Assembly: GCA_964494125.1 (NCBI GenBank)
Contig: CAZBQO010000001.1
Location: 1 to 49,749, forward strand
Reading direction: 5' to 3'
DNA from: an uncultured Nitrospira sp.
GTDB taxonomy: Bacteria; Nitrospirota; Nitrospiria; Nitrospirales; UBA8639
DNA: 49,749 bases
The notes under the pieces were generated by a model. The model was not told the origin of the DNA and ran no database searches. It worked only from the letters and a program-made list of their open reading frames with translations. A program made the position numbers and the translations under genes. Shown one piece after another: positions 22,393-32,246 of this stretch (positions are counted from its first letter, which is position 1; every line of letters starts with the position of its first letter).

Positions 22393-22982
22393 TGGCACAG
22401 TGGAAGTCATTATCCCTTTTGTGTCGATTTGGTTTTCTGGTCGGAGTGATGCTCGTCTGTCTTTTGGGTATTCACTTCGTGATGTGGGATACGATGAATG
22501 ACTCGATTAAGCAGTTGCAAGAGGAAGTTTCTCGCCTAGATCAGGAGAGTCGAGGGCTCACCCAAAAAACAGAATCACTGAAGACCATAGAGAAGGATGT
22601 CAACAGCTTGCGTGATAATTTAGCCACTCGAGTTCAACAATTTCCTGAAAATATAGAATCAAAAATCTTTCGAAGGGATGTCATCGAAATTGCCAAGCGA
22701 AGGAATGTGACCGTTCGGGTGTGGAAACCTGAACCTCCTTTGACCGAGCTTCAACATTCTGAATTTTCGATACCCATTGTCCTCAGAGTAGAAGGGAATT
22801 TCCAGGGGACCGTTCAATTTTTGGATGACTTGCGGCAACTTGCATGGGTTGAACGTATCCCTTCCATTGCCCTGGCAGGAAAGCCAGACAACGAACATTC
22901 ACCCCTCGTCAGCACGAATCTGGTGATGCACGGGTTAACTCCCTTAGGGATTGAACATGTTCAGCAGCTGCTTAAAACATAA
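22389..22982 (+). CDS. pilO: Type IV pilus assembly protein PilO
   Basis: TM, coiled coil, PIVLRVEGNF...FLDDL; position after pilN. Confidence 0.82.
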   Translation: MMAQWKSLSLLCRFGFLVGVMLVCLLGIHFVMWDTMNDSIKQLQEEVSRLDQESRGLTQKTESLKTIEKDVNSLRDNLATRVQQFPENIESKIFRRDVIEIAKRRNVTVRVWKPEPPLTELQHSEFSIPIVLRVEGNFQGTVQFLDDLRQLAWVERIPSIALAGKPDNEHSPLVSTNLVMHGLTPLGIEHVQQLLKT

Positions 22983-23568
22983 TCGAACCGATCAATGTCA
23001 GGCGGGATTGCGAGATCCTGGAGTCATAGACATTCGACGCAGGGTCTCCACCATGTCTGCCTACCTGAGGGGGTTCGCGTGCTACTCGGTCTGTGTTTGG
23101 ATTGTGCTTAATTTGGGAGGGGTAATGGGAGTGGTGGCTGCGGAAGGCACCTCCTCATCGACTTCTTACCAAAACAGGCTAGTTAGACCCATTTTCGTTG
23201 AGGACAATTCCCGACGAAATGACGGGGGTCGTCGAGACCCTTTCAAGCGGATACCTCAGCCGCGTCTATCAACCCCTAAAGTTACGACGCCATCATCTAA
23301 GGACTCGAAAATTGTTCCCTTGCTGGATAATCCGGATTGGAGACTTCTTGGCGTGATTCATGGCCGAGATGGGCACCAGGCGATCATTCAAGTATCTCCA
23401 TCGAAGCGAGTTCTGGTCCAAACGGGATCTGAACTCGCTCGATCAGGATGGACGATTAAGACCATCAGTGAGGAGGGGGTGCTCCTTGAGTACCTCTCCT
23501 CAGCCGCCTCATTGAAGGGGGCTTCCTTGCCAAGAACCTTCATTCTTTCCTTTCCCACCATCCAATAA
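22951..23568 (+). CDS. pilP: PilP-like pilus assembly protein (start uncertain, probably later ATG)
   Basis: RRDPF motif, W.LLGVI...AII, V..G..L; position after pilO. Confidence 0.65.
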   Translation: MNMFSSCLKHNRTDQCQAGLRDPGVIDIRRRVSTMSAYLRGFACYSVCVWIVLNLGGVMGVVAAEGTSSSTSYQNRLVRPIFVEDNSRRNDGGRRDPFKRIPQPRLSTPKVTTPSSKDSKIVPLLDNPDWRLLGVIHGRDGHQAIIQVSPSKRVLVQTGSELARSGWTIKTISEEGVLLEYLSSAASLKGASLPRTFILSFPTIQ

Positions 23569-23805
23569 TCATTATGAATATTCTGGTTGAGAAAGCCTGA
23601 AAAAACCTTCATAATCTGTACACTAACAGTCCGGCGGGGGGGCTCTTTGACTCGTTCCGCAATGGGAGCTGGTGATTGATCATTATCCGTATCCCAAGTC
23701 TGCAGCTCCAGGCTTGGGTAGAACGTCCTGGTCAGTAAGGGTGGGAACATTTTCAAAGGGAACATGCTACCGGCATGACTATTTAATGAGCCAAAAAGGA
23801 ATGCC

Positions 23806-24966
23806 ATGTTGCGATATCTAAATGCGGGGGAATCTCATGGAAGAGGTCTAATGGCTGTGGTAGAAGGGGTTCCGTCTGGATTGCCGGTCACGGCCGAAGG
23901 GATTAATGTGGATTTGATCCGCCGACAGGGCGGATATGGGCGTGGCGGTCGGATGCGAATTGAAAAGGACCGGATTGAATTTATTTGTGGAGTTCGAAAA
24001 GGGAAAACTTTGGGAAATCCGCTAGGACTCTTGATCTGGAATAAAGATTGGGAAAACTGGAAAGACATCATGGCGTCCGAACCTGGTCCCCCTTCCACTG
24101 AACGAGTGGTGACTCGTCCACGGCCGGGCCATGCAGATTTGGTTGGAGCCATCAAATATGGTCATAGCGATATTCGCAATGTGCTAGAAAAGGCCAGTGC
24201 CAGGGAAACAGCGATTAGGGTGGCCATTGGTGGTGTGGCGAAATCGTTGCTGGCCGAGTTTGACATGCGAGTGGTCAGTTATACGATGGACATTGGAGGG
24301 GTCGCAGCTCCCAGTCCTAATGATCCGTTGATGGCGTATGAACATGCAGAACAATCTGAAGTGCGATGTCATGACCCTGAGACGGCAAAAAAAATGGTTG
24401 AACAGATTCGGGCAGCCAAGCATAAAGGCGATTCCTTAGGCGGTATCTTTGAGGTTGTGGTCACGAACGTTCCGATCGGGCTGGGAACCTATGCTCAATG
24501 GGATCGGCGCCTTAGTGCTCGCTTGGCGTTTGCTGCGATGAGTATTCAAGCGATGAAGGGGGTAGAAATTGGCATGGGATTTGAGTCGGCCCGTCGTTTT
24601 GGATCTGAAGTGCATGACGACATTTATTTCGACAAATCCACAGGGCAATTTACCAGAAAATCGAACAATGCCGGTGGGTTGGAAGGCGGCATTACGAATG
24701 GACAACCGATCGTTCTACGAGTAGCCATGAAGCCCATCGCGACTCTCTATACTCCCAAAGACAGCGTGGACATCGAAACAAAAGAACCGTTTGAGGCCAC
24801 AGTAGAGCGTTCAGATATTTGCACTGTTCCGGCTGCCGGCGTCGTGGGCGAAGCGGTGATTGCCTATGAAATGGCCAATGCCCTGATTGAAAAATTTGGT
24901 GGAGATACGTTGGATGAAATGAAAAGAAACTTTGAGGCTTATCAAGAGTATGTCCGCACGTTTTAA
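23806..24966 (+). CDS. aroC: Chorismate synthase
   Basis: GESHG, PRPGHAD, SARETA, GGLEGGITNG, AMKPI, RSD.C.VP. Confidence 0.98.
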   Translation: MLRYLNAGESHGRGLMAVVEGVPSGLPVTAEGINVDLIRRQGGYGRGGRMRIEKDRIEFICGVRKGKTLGNPLGLLIWNKDWENWKDIMASEPGPPSTERVVTRPRPGHADLVGAIKYGHSDIRNVLEKASARETAIRVAIGGVAKSLLAEFDMRVVSYTMDIGGVAAPSPNDPLMAYEHAEQSEVRCHDPETAKKMVEQIRAAKHKGDSLGGIFEVVVTNVPIGLGTYAQWDRRLSARLAFAAMSIQAMKGVEIGMGFESARRFGSEVHDDIYFDKSTGQFTRKSNNAGGLEGGITNGQPIVLRVAMKPIATLYTPKDSVDIETKEPFEATVERSDICTVPAAGVVGEAVIAYEMANALIEKFGGDTLDEMKRNFEAYQEYVRTF

Positions 24967-25045
24967 TCCTCTTGTCCTGAGCTCCTCTCGTGGCAGGTTG
25001 CTATCGTTTCTTGGAATAAACCTGCTTTGTGGTGACTTCCGCTAG

Positions 25046-26212
25046 ATGAAGACCTCTGAATTCTCGAAACTCGTTCCGGTTTCTTTGGGAGATCGGAGTT
25101 ATCAAGTCCGTATTCAACCTCATATTCTGCCTCAAATAGGCCGCGTGCTTCAGGATGTTGGGTTGTCAGGGCGAGTTGCCATTGTGACCAATCCAGTCGT
25201 CAATGAACTCTATGGCCGGGTAGTTCTTCGTGCCCTAAAGCGGTGTGGATTTTCTCCATTTCTTGTGGTGATACCCGATGGAGAAAAGGCCAAATCCATG
25301 TATTGGTTGTCAAAAATACTGGATGAACTGGTCACGCAACGACTTGAACGCCAGGAAGTGGTGTTAGCGTTAGGTGGAGGGGTCGTGGGAGATGTGGCGG
25401 GTTTTGCGGCCTCTGTTTATCTGCGCGGTGTTTCATTTGTCCAAGTGCCGACGACGTTAGTGGCTCAAGTAGATTCAAGTGTGGGTGGAAAAACAGGGGT
25501 TAACCATCCAATAGGGAAAAATTTGATCGGGGCGTTTTATCAGCCTCGTGTCGTGGTTATTGATCCGCAGACATTGCAATCTCTTCCAAAACGTGAATGG
25601 GTAGCAGGGCTAGCGGAGGTGATTAAGTACGGCATGATTGCGGATCCGAAGTTTTTTGAATATTTAGAACAACACGTTGATGATTTACGAGAACAAGCAG
25701 AGGATGTCATCCCGAACGTGATTCGGCGGTGTTGTGAAATTAAAGCTGAAGTTGTGGGTGGAGATGAACGGGAATCGGGACGCAGACGCATTTTGAATTA
25801 TGGCCACACCGTAGGCCATGCACTGGAAACCTGGGGTCGTTATAGAACATGGATCCATGGAGAAGCGGTGGGAATTGGCATGGTCCAGGAAGCTGCAATG
25901 GCGCATTTTTTAGGGTTGTGTACGAAAGAGCTGGTTGAGCGGCAACGCGACTTAATTCAGGATGTTGGGTTGCCCATTGTTATGCCTTCCATGACGTTTA
26001 TGGATCTCTGGGGGGCCATGCAACACGACAAAAAGGTCGTAAAGGGTCAAATCAATTGCGTGTTACCCACCACAATCGGGAAGGTCAAGGTCGTTCCCCT
26101 GGTTCGACAACGTATTCGCCAATGGTTTACTGCCAGTCAGTCTTCTCGTGGGAAACGATTGGATCCTGTTCCACAGTCAGTGAGCCGTCCACGTCTATCC
26201 AAGAAAAAATAA
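25046..26212 (+). CDS. aroB: 3-dehydroquinate synthase
   Basis: ALGGGVVGD, PTTLVAQVDSSVGGKT, LNYGHTVGHALE, HGEAV. Confidence 0.98.
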   Translation: MKTSEFSKLVPVSLGDRSYQVRIQPHILPQIGRVLQDVGLSGRVAIVTNPVVNELYGRVVLRALKRCGFSPFLVVIPDGEKAKSMYWLSKILDELVTQRLERQEVVLALGGGVVGDVAGFAASVYLRGVSFVQVPTTLVAQVDSSVGGKTGVNHPIGKNLIGAFYQPRVVVIDPQTLQSLPKREWVAGLAEVIKYGMIADPKFFEYLEQHVDDLREQAEDVIPNVIRRCCEIKAEVVGGDERESGRRRILNYGHTVGHALETWGRYRTWIHGEAVGIGMVQEAAMAHFLGLCTKELVERQRDLIQDVGLPIVMPSMTFMDLWGAMQHDKKVVKGQINCVLPTTIGKVKVVPLVRQRIRQWFTASQSSRGKRLDPVPQSVSRPRLSKKK

Positions 26213-26213
26213 C

Positions 26214-27467
26214 ATGGCTGCGATCCGTCCTTCGACAATAGAAGACCTCAAACACCTTGTTCGGGAGCGGACCCGTGAGGTGCAGATTCTTCACCGAATC
26301 AGCGAATCCATTAGTAGTACTTTGGAGCTGGAAACGGTATTAAAACAAATCGTAGAAGTGGTTGTGGAAGTGACAAAGGGAGATGCCTGTCTGTTGTACT
26401 TGATTTCTGAAACAACAGACGAGCTTATTTTGCGTGCATCGAAAAATCCGCATCCCCGTCTCATCGGGCGGATATCCATCGGTTTGGGAGAAGGGATTAC
26501 CGGGTGGGTGGCACGAGAAAAAATTCCCGTGGTGATTCCTCGCAATGCAAGTGATGACGCCAGATTTAAGTTTTTTCATCGTCTGCCGGAAGACCGCTAT
26601 CAGGCGTTTGTGTCAGTTCCCATTACGAGTAAGGGGAAAATGGTCGGTGTCATCAATGTTCAGCATAAGCGGTCAAAGCGGTATGCTGAAGAAACGCTAG
26701 CGCTCTTATTAACCATTGCAAATCAAGTCGGCGGGGCCATTGCCAATGCCAGATTGTACGACGATATGCGGCAAAAAGCGCGTCGACTTGAAACCCTTTC
26801 CCAAGTATCGGAAACGGTGGCTTCTAATCGACTGATAGAGGATGTGCTGCAATTAATTGTCACCATGACGGCTCAGCTGATGAATTCAAAAATTTGTTCA
26901 ATCATGCTTGTCGACCAGGCTTCGGGGGAACTTCGTATTGCAGCGACTCAAAGCCTGAGTGATGCGTACCGGCGGAAGCCACCGTTGAAGGTTGGGCAGA
27001 GTATGAGTGGCCGTGCGGTGCAGGACCAACATCCGGTGTATGTCTCGGATGTGAAGGCAGAAGATGGGTATTTTTATCGGGATTTGGCGAAACAGGAAGG
27101 TTTGCATTCTTTATTATCCATTCCCATGCTCATGAAGGAAAATCCGATTGGGGTTATTAATGTATATACTTCCAGTTATCATGCGTTTTCAGAAGAAGAG
27201 GTGACCACGCTTCAAGCCATTGCGAATCAATCTGCCGTTGCCATTGAGCACACTCGGCTTATGGAAAAGTCGTTTGAGATGCAAGAGGCTCTGGAAGTGC
27301 GAAAATTGGTAGAGCGTGCGAAAGGGTTTTTAATGGCCTCTAGGGGATTGTCAGAGCCTGAAGCCTTTCGTCTTATGCAACGACAAAGCATGAATCTTCG
27401 AAAATCCATGAGGGAAATTGCCGATGCGATTATTCTCGCGGAGGAACTTCAACGGGCGACTCAATAA
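26214..27467 (+). CDS. GAF-GAF-ANTAR RNA-binding antiterminator (one-component)
   Basis: Two GAF repeats (GEGITGWVA...VPI..KG.MVGVINV; GQSMSGRAV...IPM....IGVINV) and C-terminal ANTAR RKLVERAKGFLM...SEPEAFRLMQRQSM...MREIA. Confidence 0.92.
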   Translation: MAAIRPSTIEDLKHLVRERTREVQILHRISESISSTLELETVLKQIVEVVVEVTKGDACLLYLISETTDELILRASKNPHPRLIGRISIGLGEGITGWVAREKIPVVIPRNASDDARFKFFHRLPEDRYQAFVSVPITSKGKMVGVINVQHKRSKRYAEETLALLLTIANQVGGAIANARLYDDMRQKARRLETLSQVSETVASNRLIEDVLQLIVTMTAQLMNSKICSIMLVDQASGELRIAATQSLSDAYRRKPPLKVGQSMSGRAVQDQHPVYVSDVKAEDGYFYRDLAKQEGLHSLLSIPMLMKENPIGVINVYTSSYHAFSEEEVTTLQAIANQSAVAIEHTRLMEKSFEMQEALEVRKLVERAKGFLMASRGLSEPEAFRLMQRQSMNLRKSMREIADAIILAEELQRATQ

Positions 27468-27517
27468 GCATCCCTAGGACGATTTATCATTGAAATAGGA
27501 ATTTGATGAGAGATTCT

Positions 27518-27546
27518 TTGAACGGGTTCTTCATTGCTTGTATAAT
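27518..27546 (+). promoter_or_regulatory. sigma70-type promoter for nadE-glnD
   Basis: TTGAAC (27518-23), 17 nt, TATAAT (27541-46). Confidence 0.75.
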
Positions 27547-27553
27547 ACTGTGA

Positions 27554-27607
27554 GGGGCGACAACCACGTCTTCCCGTATATGTTAGCGTTAAGGACAATG
27601 GCGTCCT
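27554..27607 (+). promoter_or_regulatory. ANTAR-target twin hexaloop RNA (P1/P2)
   Basis: P1 GAC-AACCAC-GTC (27559-70, extendable); P2 AGGAC-AATGGC-GTCCT (27592-607) with canonical A1/G4 loop; P2 overlaps terminator. Confidence 0.78.
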
Positions 27608-27638
27608 CGGTTCCGAAGGGACAGAGGACGTTTTTTTT
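27602..27638 (+). terminator. Intrinsic terminator/attenuator in nadE leader
   Basis: CGTCCTC-G-GTTCC GAA GGGAC-A-GAGGACG followed by T8, ending 3 nt before nadE ATG. Confidence 0.85.
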
Positions 27639-27641
27639 AGC

Positions 27642-29432
27642 ATGATGATTCGATTAGCGATGGTGCAGATGAATGCGGTGGTTGGGGATCTTGAGGGGAA
27701 TACTCGCACCATTTGCGGATGGATTCGCGAGGCGAGGAAAGCCAAAGCCGATGTGGTTGTCTTTCCGGAGTTGGCCGTGTGTGGGTACCCTCCAGAAGAT
27801 CTGCTCCTCATGCCGAAGTTTTTATTCGATATTAGTCGGATGCGGGACCGAATTACCAAAGTTACGACGGGAATTATGGCGGTAGTGGGAAGCGTGATTG
27901 AATCCGATCGTCAGGCTCAACATCTCCTCCGGGATCCCGGGCAGGATCGAAGGAAGCCTTTGAATGCGGCGTGGATCCTGGTCAATGGTCAGGTAAAAAG
28001 ATCGTATGCCAAATGCAAGCTCCCCAACTATGGAGTGTTTGACGAAGAACGGTATTTTCAACCGGGGCGAACCAGTCCGGTCTACTGCCTGGGCCCGTTA
28101 CGAATTGGCATCAATATTTGTGAAGACATATGGTTTGCTGATGGTCCGGCCAGCCGGCAGGCAGCATATGGGGGCGCTCACCTGGTTCTCAACATTAATG
28201 CCTCCCCTTATCATGTTGGAAAAACCCAAAATCGTGAACGCATGTTAGCCAATCGGGCGAAAGCTAACAATGTCATGGTCAGTTATACCAACATGGTCGG
28301 AGGACAGGATGAATTGGTCTTTGATGGGAATAGTCTCGTCATGGATGCCACCGGTGTGGTCCTTGCGCGAGCAAAAGCCTTTGAAGAAGATCTCCTGCTG
28401 ACCGACCTTCAGATTCCTTCAGCACGAAAGAGGCAATCGAAGGAGCCTGGAAAAGCATCTGAAGTTGATGGCGAAGTTGTTCGGGTTCCGGTGATCCGTA
28501 TGGGATGGTCGCCGAGGTGGCCGAAGTCTGGCGCTCCAGGTGTCAGAAGGCTCACACCGGTAATCGGTGAGTCAGAGGAGATATACCGGGCTCTCGTGCT
28601 AGGAGTGCAAGATTATGTGAGGAAGAATGCCTTCTCAAAGGTTCTTGTCGGTATCAGCGGAGGGATTGATTCGGCTTTGACTGCATTTATTGCTCGAGAT
28701 GCCTTAGGCGCGTCCAATGTGATGGGTGTAATGATGCCATCCCCCTATACCTCTAAGGAAAGTCGTGAGGATGCTCGTCAGCTAGGAAAAAATTTGGGAA
28801 TCGAGATGCGGCATCTTTCGATAACGAGAGTGTTCAAGGTTTTCCTTGGGGTGTTGGGCAAGTCCTTTCAGGGTTCTCAGGCTGATACGACGGAAGAAAA
28901 TCTGCAAGCTCGCATCCGAGGAACACTGCTGATGGCTCTTTCCAATAAGTATGGGTATTTAGTACTGACCACGGGAAATAAAAGCGAAATGAGTGTGGGC
29001 TATGCCACGCTGTACGGGGATATGGCTGGTGGGTTTGCCGTTATCAAAGACATTCCCAAAACGAAGGTGTATCAGCTTTCTCGATGGCGAAGTGAGTATA
29101 GGGGCTCTGATTTTGATCGAGTGATTATTCCTGAAAGAATTCAGGTGCGTGCTCCTTCCGCTGAGTTGAAGCCCGATCAGACGGATCAGGATACCCTCCC
29201 TCCCTATCCGGTGTTAGATGCAATTCTACAAGCCTATGTTGAGGACAATGAGTCAATGGGCAGGATTGTGAAGATGGGCTATGATTCTCATGTTGTGCGA
29301 ACTGTCATGGGGATGGTGGATCGGAGCGAATACAAGCGTCGACAAGCGCCGGTGGGCATTAAAATTACCTCGAGAGCCTTAGGAAAGGATCGGCGTATGC
29401 CGATTACGAACCGATATTTTTCGGGAGCTTAA
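27642..29432 (+). CDS. nadE: Glutamine-dependent NAD+ synthetase
   Basis: Nitrilase-like E-K-C (FPEL, K..LPNYGVFDE, ICEDIW) plus synthetase SGGIDS, ENLQARIRG, TTGNKSE, YATLYGD. Confidence 0.97.
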   Translation: MMIRLAMVQMNAVVGDLEGNTRTICGWIREARKAKADVVVFPELAVCGYPPEDLLLMPKFLFDISRMRDRITKVTTGIMAVVGSVIESDRQAQHLLRDPGQDRRKPLNAAWILVNGQVKRSYAKCKLPNYGVFDEERYFQPGRTSPVYCLGPLRIGINICEDIWFADGPASRQAAYGGAHLVLNINASPYHVGKTQNRERMLANRAKANNVMVSYTNMVGGQDELVFDGNSLVMDATGVVLARAKAFEEDLLLTDLQIPSARKRQSKEPGKASEVDGEVVRVPVIRMGWSPRWPKSGAPGVRRLTPVIGESEEIYRALVLGVQDYVRKNAFSKVLVGISGGIDSALTAFIARDALGASNVMGVMMPSPYTSKESREDARQLGKNLGIEMRHLSITRVFKVFLGVLGKSFQGSQADTTEENLQARIRGTLLMALSNKYGYLVLTTGNKSEMSVGYATLYGDMAGGFAVIKDIPKTKVYQLSRWRSEYRGSDFDRVIIPERIQVRAPSAELKPDQTDQDTLPPYPVLDAILQAYVEDNESMGRIVKMGYDSHVVRTVMGMVDRSEYKRRQAPVGIKITSRALGKDRRMPITNRYFSGA

Positions 29433-29466
29433 TCTGAATGTGTGACATGCTGAGTGTTAACGGGAG

Positions 29467-32175
29467 TTGTCCTCGATGAGTGAAGGGTTGCCCCCTACCG
29501 GTTTGACGGAACACAAGGACTCTTCTCTGGGGCTTCATGTTCTCCAGTCCCAGCGCGAGGTTCTTCGCCAACGATTAATTGAAGGGGCGACTGGCAGTGA
29601 GATCACTCAGGCTTTTTCGGATTTCATGGATGCTTTACTGATCGCACGATTTCGTGAGGTCATTCAGCAAGGCAATGTAGGTGTGCGAGCTGGCTGGCAG
29701 CAATGCTGTTTAGTGGCCATGGGAGGGTATGGGCGGCGGGAGTTAGCTCCCTATTCCGACATTGATGTGATGATTCTCACTCAGGGTAATCAAAGGGAAG
29801 TCGCTGAGGCCCTGTCTACCGGAGTCTTTCACCGGCTTTGGGATCTTGGGTTTCAAGTTGGGCATAGCGTGCGATCCCTCGCAGAATGTCTGACGATTGC
29901 AGAGGCCGACCTGGCGGCCTGTACCTCACTGATGGAATCACGATTTCTTATCGGCAGCGCTTCAGTGTTTCAGGAATTTCAACGAAAATTCGAACGTCGG
30001 ATCATCAAGAAACGGGCGCAACGGTTTGTTCTGGATAAAATTCAAGAGCGTGAAAGAGAGTATGCCAAATTTGGTGAGACTGTCTTTATGCTGGAACCGA
30101 ATATTAAAAAAAGTAAGGGTGGGCTTCGGGATCTGCATTTGCTGCAATGGGTTGGCCAGGCCCGATATGGAGCGGGGACGATTCAAGAACTTTCGAATCG
30201 GGGAATCATTGCTATTCAAGATTATCAGGTTCTGCAAGAAGCACAGGAATTTCTCTGGCGAGTTCGGTGTTTTTTGCATTTTGAAGCGGGACGGGCTCAA
30301 GATATCCTCACGTTCGACGATCAGGTTCGTCTCTCTGCACTTTGGGGATTTGTGGATCATCCTCATTTGTTGGCCGTTGAGCAATTTATGCAAGTGTATT
30401 TCCGTCATACGACTGGGTTGTTTGACCGTGGGCGGCGGTTTCTTGATCAAGCCAGGGAGGAATCCTGGTTGGACCGGGTTCGCCAATGGTGGCCTCCCTC
30501 ATTAATTGAGGGGCACTTCCTTATTCTGGAAAATCGGCTGACAATTCAGACGGATAAACTCCTTGAGGTGATGGAGAGCCCCATGTTGCTCCTGAGGTTA
30601 TTTGTGATCTCTCAGCGTCAAGCAGTCCCCATCGATTCGCGCATTCTCAATGAATTGTCTCAGCACATGGGAACGTTACCCAATGAGCGGTTTCATACCA
30701 AACCGGTGAGTAGGCTTTTTCGACATATTCTGTCAAACCCTGGTCAGATAACTCAAATTCTTGAGGCCATGCATCAGGCGAGTCTACTGGAAAAGCTCGT
30801 GCCGGCTTTCTCCCGAGTACGTGGCCTCATGCAGTTCAATCAATATCATAAATACACGGTCGATGAGCATAGTCTGCTCGCAGTGAGGGAAGCGGAACGG
30901 CTTCAGAATCACCAAGGGATCATAGGAGAAGTTTATCGAAACATCGCTGATAAAGACATTTTGCATCTGGCGCTGTTGCTGCATGATTTAGGCAAAGGGC
31001 GTCCTGGGGATCATAGTGAAGTCGGTCAGGAGATTGCCCACCTAACAGCTGATCGGTTGGATTTGTCTGAGAAGGAACGGCAGACTCTTGCTTTCCTGGT
31101 TCGCCATCACTTGCAGATGTCTCATACGGCTTTTCGCCGAGATCTCAACGATCCTAAAACCATTGTGACATTTGCCCGATTGGTAAAAACTGTCGGGATG
31201 CTTCAAAAGCTGTTTATTCTGACTATTGCAGATATATCAGCGGTGGGACCTGAGGTGATGACGAAATGGAAAGAGTCCTTATTAGGGGAACTGTATTCGT
31301 TGACCTACGCCGAGTTTGCCGGGGATGCAGGTTCATCGAATTCCGGTGATGGGAGTAAGAATATTCCGCCCGAAGCTCGAGACAAACTTATCAGGATTTT
31401 AAGGGCCGATCGAAGCGAGGGACATTCTCCTGAACCCGACTGGTCGGAATGGGTGAATGCCAAACTTCAACAACTCCCCAGCCGGTACGTTCAGTCGACC
31501 CCGGTTGACCAAATGGCGGCGTATCTCTTAGCCATTCGTTCTCTACCAGTCAAGCCGACTCATGTGGAAGCCAGATTCAATCAGGCATCAGGTGTTTCGG
31601 AATATGTACTGATCACCCGTGAACAGACCAAACCAGGTATTTTCATGCAAGTGGCCGGAGTGTTAGCCGCCATGGGTTTGCAGGTATTGGAAGCGCAAAT
31701 TATGACACTGAAGGATGGCACGGTGTGGGATGTGTTCTCGGTACATGATTCAGACTATGAAGGGCCGCCATCTGCCGGGCGCCTAGAGGACGTGGCAAGG
31801 GAAATTCAAGAGGTCGTGGAGGGAAGACAATCAGTTCACCAAATGGTTGAACGACGACGGCGCATGGCCTTTGGTCGTCCCTTTCCTACTGGCCGGCATC
31901 CCACGGAAGTTCATATTGATCATGGGGTCTCAGATGCCTTTACGGTGATTGACGTCTTTGCCGATGACAAGCAAGGGTTGCTCTTTGTGATCGCCAAAAC
32001 GCTGGTTCAATTGGGACTGTCCATTCATATGGCCAGAATCGGGACCAGGTTAGATCAGGTGGCCGATGTCTTTTATGTGACCAATGCTCAAGGAGAAAAA
32101 ATTCTGTCCGGTGAAGACTGTGAGCAAATTCAACATATTCTTCATGCCGCGGTTGATCAATTTCTGGATGAATAA
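29467..32175 (+). CDS. glnD: PII uridylyltransferase/uridylyl-removing enzyme
   Basis: GGYGRRELAPYSDID, EPNIK.SKGGLRD, HKYTVDEH, LLHDLGKG, two C-terminal ACT domains. Confidence 0.97.
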   Translation: MSSMSEGLPPTGLTEHKDSSLGLHVLQSQREVLRQRLIEGATGSEITQAFSDFMDALLIARFREVIQQGNVGVRAGWQQCCLVAMGGYGRRELAPYSDIDVMILTQGNQREVAEALSTGVFHRLWDLGFQVGHSVRSLAECLTIAEADLAACTSLMESRFLIGSASVFQEFQRKFERRIIKKRAQRFVLDKIQEREREYAKFGETVFMLEPNIKKSKGGLRDLHLLQWVGQARYGAGTIQELSNRGIIAIQDYQVLQEAQEFLWRVRCFLHFEAGRAQDILTFDDQVRLSALWGFVDHPHLLAVEQFMQVYFRHTTGLFDRGRRFLDQAREESWLDRVRQWWPPSLIEGHFLILENRLTIQTDKLLEVMESPMLLLRLFVISQRQAVPIDSRILNELSQHMGTLPNERFHTKPVSRLFRHILSNPGQITQILEAMHQASLLEKLVPAFSRVRGLMQFNQYHKYTVDEHSLLAVREAERLQNHQGIIGEVYRNIADKDILHLALLLHDLGKGRPGDHSEVGQEIAHLTADRLDLSEKERQTLAFLVRHHLQMSHTAFRRDLNDPKTIVTFARLVKTVGMLQKLFILTIADISAVGPEVMTKWKESLLGELYSLTYAEFAGDAGSSNSGDGSKNIPPEARDKLIRILRADRSEGHSPEPDWSEWVNAKLQQLPSRYVQSTPVDQMAAYLLAIRSLPVKPTHVEARFNQASGVSEYVLITREQTKPGIFMQVAGVLAAMGLQVLEAQIMTLKDGTVWDVFSVHDSDYEGPPSAGRLEDVAREIQEVVEGRQSVHQMVERRRRMAFGRPFPTGRHPTEVHIDHGVSDAFTVIDVFADDKQGLLFVIAKTLVQLGLSIHMARIGTRLDQVADVFYVTNAQGEKILSGEDCEQIQHILHAAVDQFLDE

Positions 32176-32246
32176 TTTCCGTCGTTCTTGCCTATATGCA
32201 CCATTGGCCGGGGTGGTGAGTTATGGAAGAGGGCCTTCGGCATAGA

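Noticed and set aside
23388-23807. 139-aa minus ORF, or a pilQ remnant, between pilP and aroC
   Set aside because: Overlaps pilP antisense, has no recognisable motifs and no secretin-like sequence.
27461-27859. 132-aa antisense ORF spanning the nadE leader
   Set aside because: Shadow of nadE; the region is better explained by promoter and attenuator.
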